A stretch of DNA of 64,000 bases, taken from positions 2,543 through 66,542 of the forward strand of contig UQYA01000002.1 of the NCBI GenBank assembly GCA_900545165.1. Direction: 5' to 3'. Below the pieces are notes generated by a model. The model was not told the DNA's origin, did no database searches, and worked only from the letters and a program-made list of their open reading frames with translations. Positions within the stretch are counted from its first letter, which is position 1; each line of letters begins with the position of its first letter. Of this stretch, positions 51,454 through 62,751 are shown in pieces. The stretch is from an uncultured Collinsella sp. (lineage in GTDB: Bacteria > Actinomycetota > Coriobacteriia > Coriobacteriales > Coriobacteriaceae). A program made the translations under genes and the position numbers.

Positions 51454-52065
51454 TTAGGCCATACGGATGGCGACGAGACCATTCTTGGCACCCGGGACAG
51501 CGCCCTTGACCAAGATGAGGTTCTGCTCGGCATCGATGCGGACAACGGAAAGGTTCTTAACGGTAACGCGCTCGTTACCCATGTGACCGGCCATCTTGAC
51601 GCCCTTGAGGACGCGCGCAGGATAGGCGCACTGACCGATAGAACCGGGGTGACGCTGGAAGTGAGAACCATGCGTCATAGGACCGCGGCGCTGACCCCAG
51701 CGCTTGATGCGACCCTGGAAGCCCTTACCCTTGGAGGTACCGATGACGTCGACCTTCTCGACATCAGCGAAATCAGCGACGGTGACGACCTCGCCGACCT
51801 TGTGCTCCTCGCCGTTCTCGACGCGGACCTCACGAAGGAAGCGGACAGGCTCGACGCCGGCCTTGGCGAAGTGACCAGCCATGGGCTTGTTCACGTTCTT
51901 GGCCTTGATGTCGCCGAAACCGATCTGGACGGCGTCATAGCCGTCGGTTGCCTGAGTTTTAACCTGCGAGACAGCGCAGGGGCCAGCCTGGATGACCGTG
52001 ACGGGAACGACGTTGTCGTCCTCGTCCCAAACCTGGGTCATGCCAATCTTGCGGCCGAGAATCAT
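51454..52065 (-). CDS. rplC: 50S ribosomal protein L3
   Basis: [14 protein letters not shown].... ATG 52065 is preferred; the track starts at TTG 52074. Confidence 0.9.
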   Translation of the reverse strand: MILGRKIGMTQVWDEDDNVVPVTVIQAGPCAVSQVKTQATDGYDAVQIGFGDIKAKNVNKPMAGHFAKAGVEPVRFLREVRVENGEEHKVGEVVTVADFADVEKVDVIGTSKGKGFQGRIKRWGQRRGPMTHGSHFQRHPGSIGQCAYPARVLKGVKMAGHMGNERVTVKNLSVVRIDAEQNLILVKGAVPGAKNGLVAIRMA

Positions 52066-52333
52066 GCTGATCAAGATATGATCCCAACTCTCGCGTGGTC
52101 TTGGGACAATGCGTACACCACCGAGCGTACGCCCCTAGAGGACCACTACTTACACGACGTGCTCCCCAGCCTTGTATTTCGCCCGGACTACCTGACAACC
52201 CTATTAAGCAGGCATTTTGTCCAGCCAGAATACTCCCCTGGTTTCACACAGCTGTTTAGTATACACGGCTGCGGGCGTATCCATCGAGATTCATATTTCA
52301 CTCACATTGTTTACGCAGGTAAAGTGCGTGGCA

Positions 52334-52498
52334 CGTCTCCCGAGCTTTGGCGGAGGGGCGGGGCCGAGAGTAGTTAAAGTTGCTGCTCTACAGTCCTGCT
52401 CACGACGGAGAGCACATTAAGTGCTCTCCTGTTCGTGCGGAACTCGCGACAACCTTAACTACTCTCGGCCCCGCCCCTCCGCCAAAGCTCGGGAGACG
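52334..52498. repeat. Large palindromic element, copy 2: 48-bp inverted arms (1 mismatch) around the same 69-nt core, inverted relative to copy 1
   Basis: 52334-52381 pairs with 52451-52498. The core 52382-52450 is the reverse complement of 4423-4491 at about 60 of 69 positions by hand alignment. The central hairpin is GGAGAGCAC-ATTAA-GTGCTCTCC. Confidence 0.85.
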
Positions 52499-52533
52499 AC
52501 ACGTTGATGTCTGCTAAACCTTGCTCGCTCAGG

Positions 52534-53160
52534 CTAATGACTTTGTTGGGGATCGATGATTTGCTGCAAGGTGAACTTGGATTGAGACGTGTCGCCCTCT
52601 TCTCCCGACTTTTCCTCATCGAAATCGAAGATCATGATGGCGCAGTTGGGGAGTTTTGTTGGGAGCTCAAAGTCCTCTGGGGCTGCAGCCTTGATGAATT
52701 GGCGGCTGGCGCTGCCGTGGCTTACTGCTAGGAGGGTTTCTATGCCCTCGGCGCCCATGAGATTGGTGAGGGTGTCTACCATGCGCTCTTGCAGCGCGCG
52801 GCTTCCTTCTCCTCCGAAGGGGACCAGGTCCTCGCCTGGATCCCAGACGTCGGTGGGTAGAGCGTCGTGCGGGCCTTCTTCGAAGGTGCCGTAGCAGCGC
52901 TCGATGATGCCTTCGCAGGGCTCGACTGCTGCGTCCGGGCCGAGGAGCTCGAATGCGACGAGCTGAGCTGTGTCCATGGCTCGGCCTAAGGGCGAAGAGA
53001 CCACTTTGTCGGGGACAACGTCGTGGCCCTTGAGCCATGCGGCTGCCATTCCCGCTTGTTTGCGGCCCAGGTCGGTCAGCGGTGAATCGCAGCGGCCCTG
53101 GACCAGCTTTTTGACGTTGAACTCCGTCTGACCGTGACGGAGTAGATACAGCTTCTTCAT
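52534..53160 (-). CDS. histidine phosphatase (phosphoglycerate-mutase-like) family protein
   Basis: LYLLRHGQTEFN carries the RHG motif. 208 aa. Confidence 0.8.
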   Translation of the reverse strand: MKKLYLLRHGQTEFNVKKLVQGRCDSPLTDLGRKQAGMAAAWLKGHDVVPDKVVSSPLGRAMDTAQLVAFELLGPDAAVEPCEGIIERCYGTFEEGPHDALPTDVWDPGEDLVPFGGEGSRALQERMVDTLTNLMGAEGIETLLAVSHGSASRQFIKAAAPEDFELPTKLPNCAIMIFDFDEEKSGEEGDTSQSKFTLQQIIDPQQSH

Positions 53161-53199
53161 GCTCTCCCCTTCTGCATAACCTGCTTTGCCGGCACAGCC

Positions 53200-54354
53200 T
53201 TACTCGTGGGCATGGCCTACGTAGTCTTCGTCGATAGTGATTTTGGCGACCGACTTGGGATATTCCGATTCGACCCGTTTCGCCAACGCGCGCTTTAGGT
53301 CCTCGGCGCTCATCGCCAAATCCGAGGGTCGCACGCAGTCAAAAATCACATTGGTGTGCGTAGGGCCCGGCACACAGCGTAGGTCATGAATCGAGAGGCG
53401 GCTATCGATCTCTTGAGCCATAGCGTTGATGCGCAGGCGCATGCTCGCCACCTTAGGGTCGTCGGTCACGATGGGGTCGTAATGGAGCGTGACAATCATG
53501 CCGTCTTCGACCCTAAACGACTGCTCGATGTTATCGAGCGTGTCGTGGCTTTCCAGCGGGCTAGCCTCGGCCGCCATCTCGGCGTGCGCACTTGCAAACT
53601 TCCTGCCCGGGCCGTAGTCGTGAACCATCAAATCGTGAACGCCCAAAACGCCGGGATAGCTCATGATCTTGTCTCGAATGTGCTTGACCAGCTTAGGATC
53701 GGGCGACTGGCCCAAAAGCGGGCTCACCGTATCTTGAATAAGTTCAAGGCCGCTCCAGCCAATATAGGCGCCAACGGCAAGGCCAACCCATGCGTCAAGA
53801 TTGATGTGCGTCACCTGCGAAACAATCGCACATGCCAGCACGGCGCCTGTGGCAAGGACATCGTTCTTGGAATCCTGCGCGGTCGCATGCAGCGTCTCGG
53901 ACTCGATACGATCGCCGAGCTTTTGGTTGAGGGCCGCCATCCAGAGCTTTACGACCATCGAAAGCGCCAGGACTGCCACCAGGGCAAGCGAGAACTCGAC
54001 AGGTTCGGGGTGAATGATGCGCTCAACCGAGGACTTCACCAGCTCAACGCCGATCAGCAGCACGAGCGCCGCCACGACCAGACCCGAGAGATACTCGTAG
54101 CGGCCATGTCCGTAAGGATGCTCGGGGTCCGCCGGCTTGCTCGCAAGTTTAAAGCCCAGCACGCTCACAATGTTTGAGCTGGCATCGGACAGGTTGTTCA
54201 TGGCATCCGCCACGATCGAAACCGATCCCGACAGCACGCCAATTGCGCCCTTCGCAGCGCATAGTGCCACATTGGCGAGAATACACACCACGCCCGTCAA
54301 CGTGCCCACGCGCGCACGGTCGCCCTGCGCACGCTTAACAATCCACTCGACCAT
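53200..54354 (-). CDS. cation diffusion facilitator family transporter
   Basis: 384 aa with six N-terminal TM segments, DPEHPYGHGRYEYL, and a C-terminal cytoplasmic domain. Confidence 0.8.
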   Translation of the reverse strand: MVEWIVKRAQGDRARVGTLTGVVCILANVALCAAKGAIGVLSGSVSIVADAMNNLSDASSNIVSVLGFKLASKPADPEHPYGHGRYEYLSGLVVAALVLLIGVELVKSSVERIIHPEPVEFSLALVAVLALSMVVKLWMAALNQKLGDRIESETLHATAQDSKNDVLATGAVLACAIVSQVTHINLDAWVGLAVGAYIGWSGLELIQDTVSPLLGQSPDPKLVKHIRDKIMSYPGVLGVHDLMVHDYGPGRKFASAHAEMAAEASPLESHDTLDNIEQSFRVEDGMIVTLHYDPIVTDDPKVASMRLRINAMAQEIDSRLSIHDLRCVPGPTHTNVIFDCVRPSDLAMSAEDLKRALAKRVESEYPKSVAKITIDEDYVGHAHE

Positions 54355-54504
54355 CTACATCCGCCCCCACGGTGCTATCTATATATCTATTGCTCAAACG
54401 GATTGTAGTGTAGCCACTTTGCCCCACAGATACAAAAAGGCCGCAACCCACACGGGCCACGGCCTTAGAATGTGGCAAAGGAATCGTCCTTGTGTCGCAC
54501 AGGT

Positions 54505-55719
54505 TTACGCGCTTGCTTCGGCCACGCTCTTCGAGGTTTCGGGTGAATCGGCCCCGTCTTCTGCCGCCCGTCCCTGCGCCGGCACCACGCCAAAGCAGTA
54601 GCTCAGCGCCGCAGACACCGCAAATGCTACACCGCCGGCAACGCAGCACCACAGCAGGTTCGAGATGCCGCCCGTGGCAAAGCCAATGACCATAAGGACA
54701 TTCGTCATGCCGATGGTATAGGCCGTAACGTGGCCCACGGCCGCAACAAGGCCTCCGACGGCGCCGCCAATGGCCATGCACGTCAGGCACCTGCCATATT
54801 TAAAGCCGCAACCGTACAGCGCCGGCTCGCTTACGCCGCCAAGAATACCCGAGATTGAATAGCCCAGCATGAGTGCCTTCTCGTCCTTATCCGCAACGCG
54901 GAGCGACGCGCCAAAGGGCATGCCCCAAACGGCGAACGTCGCCATCGTCGCGGCGATCAGGATGCACGAATCCGTTCCCACACTCATAAACTGAGCATAG
55001 GCAAGCGATAGGACAACGTTGCTGACGCCTGCAATCTTAAGAAACTCCCAACCCGCGGCAAGCCCCATGAGCGTGAGCAGCGACACGATGCCACCGGAAT
55101 TGCCAAGCATAAACATAAGCTGGCCCAACAGCATGCCCAGATAGCTGCCCGCCGGCGCCGTGATACACAGCGAAACCGGAACCATGACAAGCATGGTTGT
55201 AAACGGAACAAACGAAAACGCCACGGCCTTAGGGATAACGCGCTTAAAGAAACACTCCACTCGCCATAGCACGGGCACCGAGATGAGAACCGGAATAACA
55301 GTCGTCGTGTAATCGTTGACCGGCGCGGGAAGCAGACCATACACGGAAGTCATCGATGCCCCCGTCGTCGATGCGGCATCGACGAGCTTAAGCAGATCGG
55401 GCGCAATCAATACGCCGCCCAGCATCATGCCCAGCTGCTCCGAGCAACCGAGCTGGCGGGCGGCCGCCCAACCAAGATAAATGGGCAAAAAGTAGTAGCC
55501 GGCGTTATAGAGCCAACTGTAGAACAGGCGATAGATATCGGAATCGGCAGACCACAGGCCCAGCATGCCTTCGCCCATAATGACAGCGACGGTGCGGAAC
55601 AACGCCGCGCAGACAATAAACGGCAGCGCCGACATCATGCTTTTGGACAGATAGTCCACCACGGCCATGGCGTTTGATGAAACCGACGTTGTAAACGAGG
55701 TGTTAGAAACTTGTAGCAT
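54505..55719 (-). CDS. PTS EIIC-type permease (stand-alone)
   Basis: ORF 54505..56019 trimmed to ATG 55719, because the upstream part overlaps accDA. It is polytopic. GGVSEPALYG matches the EIIC GITEP-type motif. Confidence 0.65.
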   Translation of the reverse strand: MLQVSNTSFTTSVSSNAMAVVDYLSKSMMSALPFIVCAALFRTVAVIMGEGMLGLWSADSDIYRLFYSWLYNAGYYFLPIYLGWAAARQLGCSEQLGMMLGGVLIAPDLLKLVDAASTTGASMTSVYGLLPAPVNDYTTTVIPVLISVPVLWRVECFFKRVIPKAVAFSFVPFTTMLVMVPVSLCITAPAGSYLGMLLGQLMFMLGNSGGIVSLLTLMGLAAGWEFLKIAGVSNVVLSLAYAQFMSVGTDSCILIAATMATFAVWGMPFGASLRVADKDEKALMLGYSISGILGGVSEPALYGCGFKYGRCLTCMAIGGAVGGLVAAVGHVTAYTIGMTNVLMVIGFATGGISNLLWCCVAGGVAFAVSAALSYCFGVVPAQGRAAEDGADSPETSKSVAEASA

Positions 55720-55759
55720 GGAACGCCTTTCCCAATATGACATGCGGGCTGTCCCTTTG

Positions 55760-57470
55760 TCACATCGTGCGGTACTGACCGATTGCGCGGTACTTGTCGT
55801 AGCGGAGGTTTGTGAGGGTCGCGTCGTCGAGCTGCCCAAGCGTATCGAAGGCATCAAATGCCGAGGACATGACGGCACCGGCGATCTCCTCATGCGACAG
55901 GCCCCTATCGTCAACAATGCCGTCGATGATGCCGAGCGCCAACAGATCGGGGGCCGTGAGCTTAAGCGCCTCGGCGGCCTCATTCGCGCGCTCGGTATCC
56001 TTCCACAGGATCGACGCACAGGCCTCGGGGCTCACGACCGAATAGGCCGAGCTCGAGAGCATCAGGATGCGGTCGGCCACGGACAGCGCCAGCGCGCCAC
56101 CAGAGCCGCCCTCGCCTGTCACCACCGAGACAATCGGCGTCTTGAGGCCGCTCATCTCCATGAGATTCTGGGCAATCGCCTCGCCCTGGCCGCGCTCCTC
56201 GGCACCGATGCCGCAAAACGCGCCCGAAGTATCGACCAGACACAGAACCGGTCGACCAAACTTTTCGGCCTGGCGCATAAGGCGACGCGCTTTGCGGTAG
56301 CCCTCGGGATGTGCCATACCAAAGTTGCGACGCATGCGCTCTTTGGTCGTGGTACCGCGCTCGACGGCGATAACCGTCACGGGTCGCCCGTCTTTCCAGC
56401 CAATGCCAGCCACCACGGCGGCGTCGTCGCCAAAGTAACGGTCGCCATGCAGCTCCACAAATCCATCCAGGCCCAGCGAGATCATCTCGCCCGCCGTGGC
56501 GCGATCTGCCGAGCGGGTCTGCTTGACAATCTCGAGCGCGGTTTTTGGTGCGGTCGAGCGCTTGAACAAGTGTCCCAGCTTTTTGCCGCGACGACCCGTA
56601 TGCACGATCTCATGCGGTGCCCCCAGGCCGGGCGCGTGCCCTTCGTGCAGTGCCAGCAGCTCGCCTACCGTGAGCGCAATCTCGCCACGCGGAACAACGG
56701 CATCGCAAAAGCCGTGCTCCAGCAAAAACTCGGAGCGCTGGAATCCCCTGGGCAGGCGCTTGTGCATGTTCTGCTCGATCACGCGCGGGCCGGCAAATGC
56801 CGTCAGGGCATCGGGCTCGGCCAGGATAATATCGCCCTCCATGGCAAAGCTCGCGGTTACGCCTCCGGTCGTGGGATCAGTGAGCACCGTGATATACAGG
56901 CCGCCCACCTCGCTATGGCGCCTAACCGCCGCAGAAATCTTGGCCATCTGCATAAGCGATGTCACGCCCTCTTGCATGCGTGCACCGCCCGAAACGGTAA
57001 AGCCGACAACTGGCAATCCAAGCTCGGTCGCTCGCTCAAATGTGCGACAGATCTTTTCGCCCACCACGGAACCCATCGAGCCCATCATAAAGTTGGCGTC
57101 CATAAAGAAGAGCGCGGTATCGCAACCGCAGATTTTGCCCCTGCCGCACACAACGGCATCGCGCTCGCCCGAACGCTCGCTCACGCTCTTGAGCTTGTCG
57201 GCATAGCCGGGAAACGAGAGGAAATCCTCCGACGCCAGATTGGCATCCCATTCCTCAAACGTGCCCTCGTCGACCGTCATGCGCATGCGCGCGCGACCGC
57301 TCACGCGAAAGTGTTTGCCGCAACGAGGGCAGACCTCGAGGTTGTCGTGCAGGCGTGCCTCATCGATCACGCGGCGGCACTCCGGACACTTGATAAATAC
57401 GTGGCGCGCGGGAAACTCGGCGCACGACTCGGTCATCGGCCCCTCGAGGACGTTGACCGTCTTCGCTTTT

Positions 57471-57484
<14 letters not shown>
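55760..57484 (-). CDS. accD: acetyl-CoA carboxylase carboxyltransferase, fused beta-alpha (AccD-AccA)
   Basis: 574 aa. The N-terminal zinc ribbon CPECRRV...CPRCGKH is AccD-type and is followed by a second carboxyltransferase half (AccA-like). Confidence 0.85.
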
Positions 57485-58814
<1,330 letters not shown>

Positions 58815-58824
58815 GAAGCCTTCC

Positions 58825-59256
58825 TTAACTTTCGTGCATGAGTGCAAAAGACATATCGGCGCGGCAGCAAACCTCACCGTTGACGCTCGCAGTACCCGTC
58901 GCAAAGCGGAACGGCCCGCGCGCACGCGTGATGGAGCACACCAGATCCACCGTGTCGCCCGGGCGCACCGGACGCTTAAAGCGCACCTTGTCCAGACTCG
59001 TGTAGAACGGCGTCGCGCCGTGCGCTTCCTCATCGCCCATCAGCAACACGCAGCAGTTCTGGGCGAGCATCTCGCACTGAATAACGCCGGGGACGACCGG
59101 GTTTCCCGGAAAATGCCCCTGCAAAAAGTATTCGTCGCCCGTAATCGTGATCTTGCCGTGGGCCTCGTCGCCCACCAGCTCGGCTTCGTCGAGCAAAAGC
59201 ATCGGCTCGCGATGCGGTAACAGCTTCTTGAGCTCTTCTTTGTTCATGGATATCAC
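58825..59256 (-). CDS. fabZ: 3-hydroxyacyl-ACP dehydratase
   Basis: LPHREPMLLLD...GHFPGNPVVPGV. Confidence 0.9.
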   Translation of the reverse strand: MISMNKEELKKLLPHREPMLLLDEAELVGDEAHGKITITGDEYFLQGHFPGNPVVPGVIQCEMLAQNCCVLLMGDEEAHGATPFYTSLDKVRFKRPVRPGDTVDLVCSITRARGPFRFATGTASVNGEVCCRADMSFALMHES

Positions 59257-59730
59257 CTATCCGATCCTCATGAGGCAGCTGCCGAACTCCACGAGGTCGC
59301 CGTCGGCCACGCAGATCTCGAGCACCTCGCCATCCGCCTCTGCCGTCACCTCGTTGAGAACCTTCATGGCCTCGATGATGCAAAGGGTCTCGCCAGCCTT
59401 GACCTTGGAGCCCACGCGCACAAACGGTTCGTCGCCCGGCGCCGGGGCAGCATAGAAAACGCCGACCATGGGAGCGGTCACCTCGGTGCCCTTGGGCTCC
59501 GGTGCGGCGGCAGGTGTCTGCGCGGCGGGCTCCGGTGCGGCAGGCGCGACTGTGGGAGCTGCAACTGGAGCGGCCATAGCGCTCGGCATGGGCATGGGCA
59601 CGGCAACCGGCTGTGCGGCGCTCGCGCGCTCGAGTTCGACCGCGGTGCCATCGGGCTCCTCAACGCGCACGCGCGTGAGGCCGCGGTCCTCCATCACATC
59701 GGCTATCTCGGCAAGTCTTTTGGAATCCAT
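59257..59730 (-). CDS. accB: biotin carboxyl carrier protein
   Basis: An Ala/Pro linker and the biotinylation motif CIIEAMKVLNEV. Confidence 0.9.
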   Translation of the reverse strand: MDSKRLAEIADVMEDRGLTRVRVEEPDGTAVELERASAAQPVAVPMPMPSAMAAPVAAPTVAPAAPEPAAQTPAAAPEPKGTEVTAPMVGVFYAAPAPGDEPFVRVGSKVKAGETLCIIEAMKVLNEVTAEADGEVLEICVADGDLVEFGSCLMRIG

Positions 59731-59733
59731 GCT

Positions 59734-60984
59734 CTAGCTCCTCGTATATCTACGCAGCGCGATGGCGGCGTTGTGCCCGCCAAAGCCTAGGTTGGTCGAA
59801 AGCGCCCAGGTAAGGTCGGCGCGAACCGCGCGATTGGGCGTGTAGTCAAGATCGCAGGCGGGATCGGGCGTGTGGTAGTTAATGGTCGGCGGCACCACGT
59901 CCTGCTCGAGCGCCATGGCGCAGGCCATGACCTCGATGGCGCCCGTGGCACCGATCATGTGGCCGGTCATCGACTTAGTCGACGAGACGTGCGCGGCGCG
60001 CGCCGCGTCCTCGCCGAGCGCACGCTTAATGCCCGCCGTCTCGGACGAATCGTTGAGCTTGGTAGATGTGCCGTGGGCATTGATGTAGAGACCCTCGGAA
60101 GGCTTGACGTCGCCCTCGGTCACCGCCAGCGATATCGCGCGGGCAATGCCGGCAGCCTCGGGATCAGGGCTCGTGATGTGATAGGCATCATCGGTGTTGC
60201 CGTAGCCCACGACCTCGGCATAAATGTGCGCACCGCGCGCCTGCGCATGTTCCATGCTCTCGAGCACGAGCACGCAGGCGCCCTCGCCCATCACAAAGCC
60301 GTCGCGGTCTGCATCGAACGGACGGCAGGCCGTCGCGGGATCGGGGTTGGTGGTCAATGCGCGGCAGGACGTAAAGCCCGCAACGGCATCGGGGATAATG
60401 GCCGCCTCGGCGCCGCCCGCGAGGATCGCGTCGGCATAGCCGTGCTTGATGGCGCGGAACGCCTCGCCCACCGCATGGGCCGAGGTTGCGCACGCGGTCA
60501 CCACGGGCAGGGTCGGGCCCTTTGCCTTGTGGCGGATTGCGATATTGCCCGATGCCATGTTGGGGATCATCATCGCGATCATATAGGGCGATGCGCGGCG
60601 GGGCCCACGTTCGGCAATCGTATGGACGTTGTCGACGAGCGTCGTCATGCCGCCCACGCCCGAGCCCACGTAGACGCCCAGGCGCTCGCGATCGATGGCG
60701 CCTTCGACATCAAAGCCCGCATCGTGCATGGCTTCGTCCGAAGCCGCCATCGCAAACTGAACGCAGGGGTCGAGATGCTTGGCGTCACGCTTGCCAAAGT
60801 ACTCGTTGCCGTCAAAGCCCTTGACCTCGGCTGCCACCTTGACGGCAAACGCATCGGTATCGAAGTGCGTGATCGGGCCGATGCCGCACGTGCCGGCGCA
60901 CATGGCCGCCCAGGTGGCAAGCGCGGTGTTGCCGAGCGGCGACACGGCACCGATACCGGTGATTGCAACTCTCTGTTCCATCAT
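59734..60984 (-). CDS. fabF: beta-ketoacyl-ACP synthase II
   Basis: RVAITGIGAVSPLG, active-site Cys in VVTACATS, and HGTST. Start placed at ATG 60984 (GAGGAG upstream). Confidence 0.9.
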   Translation of the reverse strand: MMEQRVAITGIGAVSPLGNTALATWAAMCAGTCGIGPITHFDTDAFAVKVAAEVKGFDGNEYFGKRDAKHLDPCVQFAMAASDEAMHDAGFDVEGAIDRERLGVYVGSGVGGMTTLVDNVHTIAERGPRRASPYMIAMMIPNMASGNIAIRHKAKGPTLPVVTACATSAHAVGEAFRAIKHGYADAILAGGAEAAIIPDAVAGFTSCRALTTNPDPATACRPFDADRDGFVMGEGACVLVLESMEHAQARGAHIYAEVVGYGNTDDAYHITSPDPEAAGIARAISLAVTEGDVKPSEGLYINAHGTSTKLNDSSETAGIKRALGEDAARAAHVSSTKSMTGHMIGATGAIEVMACAMALEQDVVPPTINYHTPDPACDLDYTPNRAVRADLTWALSTNLGFGGHNAAIALRRYTRS

Positions 60985-61020
60985 GGTCTCCTCATCCAAG
61001 CCGTTCTTCGGCCCTGGTTT

Positions 61021-61794
61021 CTACATCGCCATTCCGCCGTCGACGCGCACGACCTCACCCGTAATGTAGGCAGCCGCATCACTCGCCAGAAAGCGCACTA
61101 CGCCGGCCACCTCCTCGGGGCGCGCCATACGCTTAAGGGGAATCTGCTCCTCGGTTACCGTACGCACCTTCTCCGAGAGCTTTGCCGTCATATCCGTCTC
61201 GACAAACCCGGGGGCAACCGCGTTCACTCGTACGCCGCGGGGCGCAAGCTCGCGCGCCACCGCCTTGGTCAGGCCGATCACGCCCGCCTTGGAGGCAGCG
61301 TAGTTGGCTTGCCCGGCATTGCCCATCAGGCCCACGACCGAGCTCATGTTGACGACGCAGCCGCCGCGCTGGCGCATAAAGGTCTTGGTGAGCGCGCGCG
61401 TCGTGTTAAACGTTCCTTTAAGATTGACATCGAGCACGCGATCGAAGGCGTCATCGCCCATGCGCATGAGCAGGCCATCGCGGGTGATGCCAGCGTTGTT
61501 GACGAGTGCCCAAATGGAGCCAAAGTCGTTGAGGACCGCTTCCACGCACGCGTTGACGGCAGCGGGGTCGGCCACGTCGCATTGATATGAGCGCGCCGTG
61601 GCGCCAGCCGCCTCGCAGGCGTCGCACGTCTCGCGCGCCGCATCGACGCTGCCGGCATAGACGACGGCGATATCGTAGCCATCCTCCGCCAGACCGATAG
61701 CGCAGGCGCGGCCGATACCCCGCGAGCCGCCCGTGACCAGTGCCACGCGACGTGAGTCGTTGCGCTCGAGCGCGCCATTGTTCAAGTTGCCCAT
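61021..61794 (-). CDS. fabG: 3-oxoacyl-ACP reductase
   Basis: ALVTGGSRGIGRA and YAASKAG are SDR motifs. Confidence 0.85.
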   Translation of the reverse strand: MGNLNNGALERNDSRRVALVTGGSRGIGRACAIGLAEDGYDIAVVYAGSVDAARETCDACEAAGATARSYQCDVADPAAVNACVEAVLNDFGSIWALVNNAGITRDGLLMRMGDDAFDRVLDVNLKGTFNTTRALTKTFMRQRGGCVVNMSSVVGLMGNAGQANYAASKAGVIGLTKAVARELAPRGVRVNAVAPGFVETDMTAKLSEKVRTVTEEQIPLKRMARPEEVAGVVRFLASDAAAYITGEVVRVDGGMAM

Positions 61795-61824
61795 GTCATT
61801 CCTTTCGGGTTACAGCCCTGTGGA

Positions 61825-62751
61825 CTATGCGAGCTCGTCGGCAATAGCTGCGACCTGCTCGGCCGTCTCGCACGAATACACACGAACGTCGCTCAGCGTA
61901 CGCTTGACCAGGCCGGACAGCGTTTTGCCGGGGCCGACCTCAATAAATGTGTCGATGCCTTGATCCTGCAGAGCATGCAGCGTATCGACCCAGCGTACGG
62001 CATGGCTCACCTGATTGGCCAAGACATCCGATGCCGTCTGGGGATCCGCCGGATAGGGCGCCGCTGTCATATTTGCCAAAACAGGAATGAGCAACGGGGA
62101 CGGCGCGTGACCGGCCTCAATATATGCGGCAAGGCCACAGGTCGCCTCGGCCATATAGGGGCTATGAAATGCACCCGACACCGCGACCTTCATGGCGCGG
62201 CCGCCAGCCTCTTTTACTAGGACGTCGAGCTCCTGCAGCGCCTCGGGCGCTCCGGCCACAACCGTCTGCTGTGGGCTGTTGTAGTTGACTGGCCAGCAGT
62301 CCTCGCCGGCCTGTTTTGCCAGGCCCTCGACTTGCGCCGCATCGAGCTTGATGACGGCGCGCATGCCGCCCGGATGGCGCTCGGCAGCCGCGGCCATCAG
62401 CGCCGCGCGCTCGCACACGAGCTCAAAGCCCGCTCGCGTATCGAACGCCCCCGCAAAGGTGAGCGCGGCGACCTCGCCCAGCGAGAATCCCGCACAGGCG
62501 GCAGGTACCACGCCGCGCTCACGCAGGGCGGCAGCCGCTGCCAGGTCGTGAACGAACACGCACGGCTGCGTGTTCTCGGTCTGCGAGAGCTCCTCCTTGG
62601 AGGCACTCCGGCATTGCTCGCTGGTCCCCGGGCGCACCTCGTCGGCAATGGCGAACACCTCGGCGGCCGCCGGCGATGTCTCGATCAAGTCGACGCCCAT
62701 CGCGGGGTGCTGGGCACCCTGGCCGGCAAACAAAAACGCTACGCCACCCAT
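61825..62751 (-). CDS. fabD: malonyl-CoA:ACP transacylase
   Basis: AFLFAGQGAQ and GFSLGE. ATG 62751 is preferred; the track starts at GTG 62757. It overlaps the fabK end. Confidence 0.85.
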   Translation of the reverse strand: MGGVAFLFAGQGAQHPAMGVDLIETSPAAAEVFAIADEVRPGTSEQCRSASKEELSQTENTQPCVFVHDLAAAAALRERGVVPAACAGFSLGEVAALTFAGAFDTRAGFELVCERAALMAAAAERHPGGMRAVIKLDAAQVEGLAKQAGEDCWPVNYNSPQQTVVAGAPEALQELDVLVKEAGGRAMKVAVSGAFHSPYMAEATCGLAAYIEAGHAPSPLLIPVLANMTAAPYPADPQTASDVLANQVSHAVRWVDTLHALQDQGIDTFIEVGPGKTLSGLVKRTLSDVRVYSCETAEQVAAIADELA

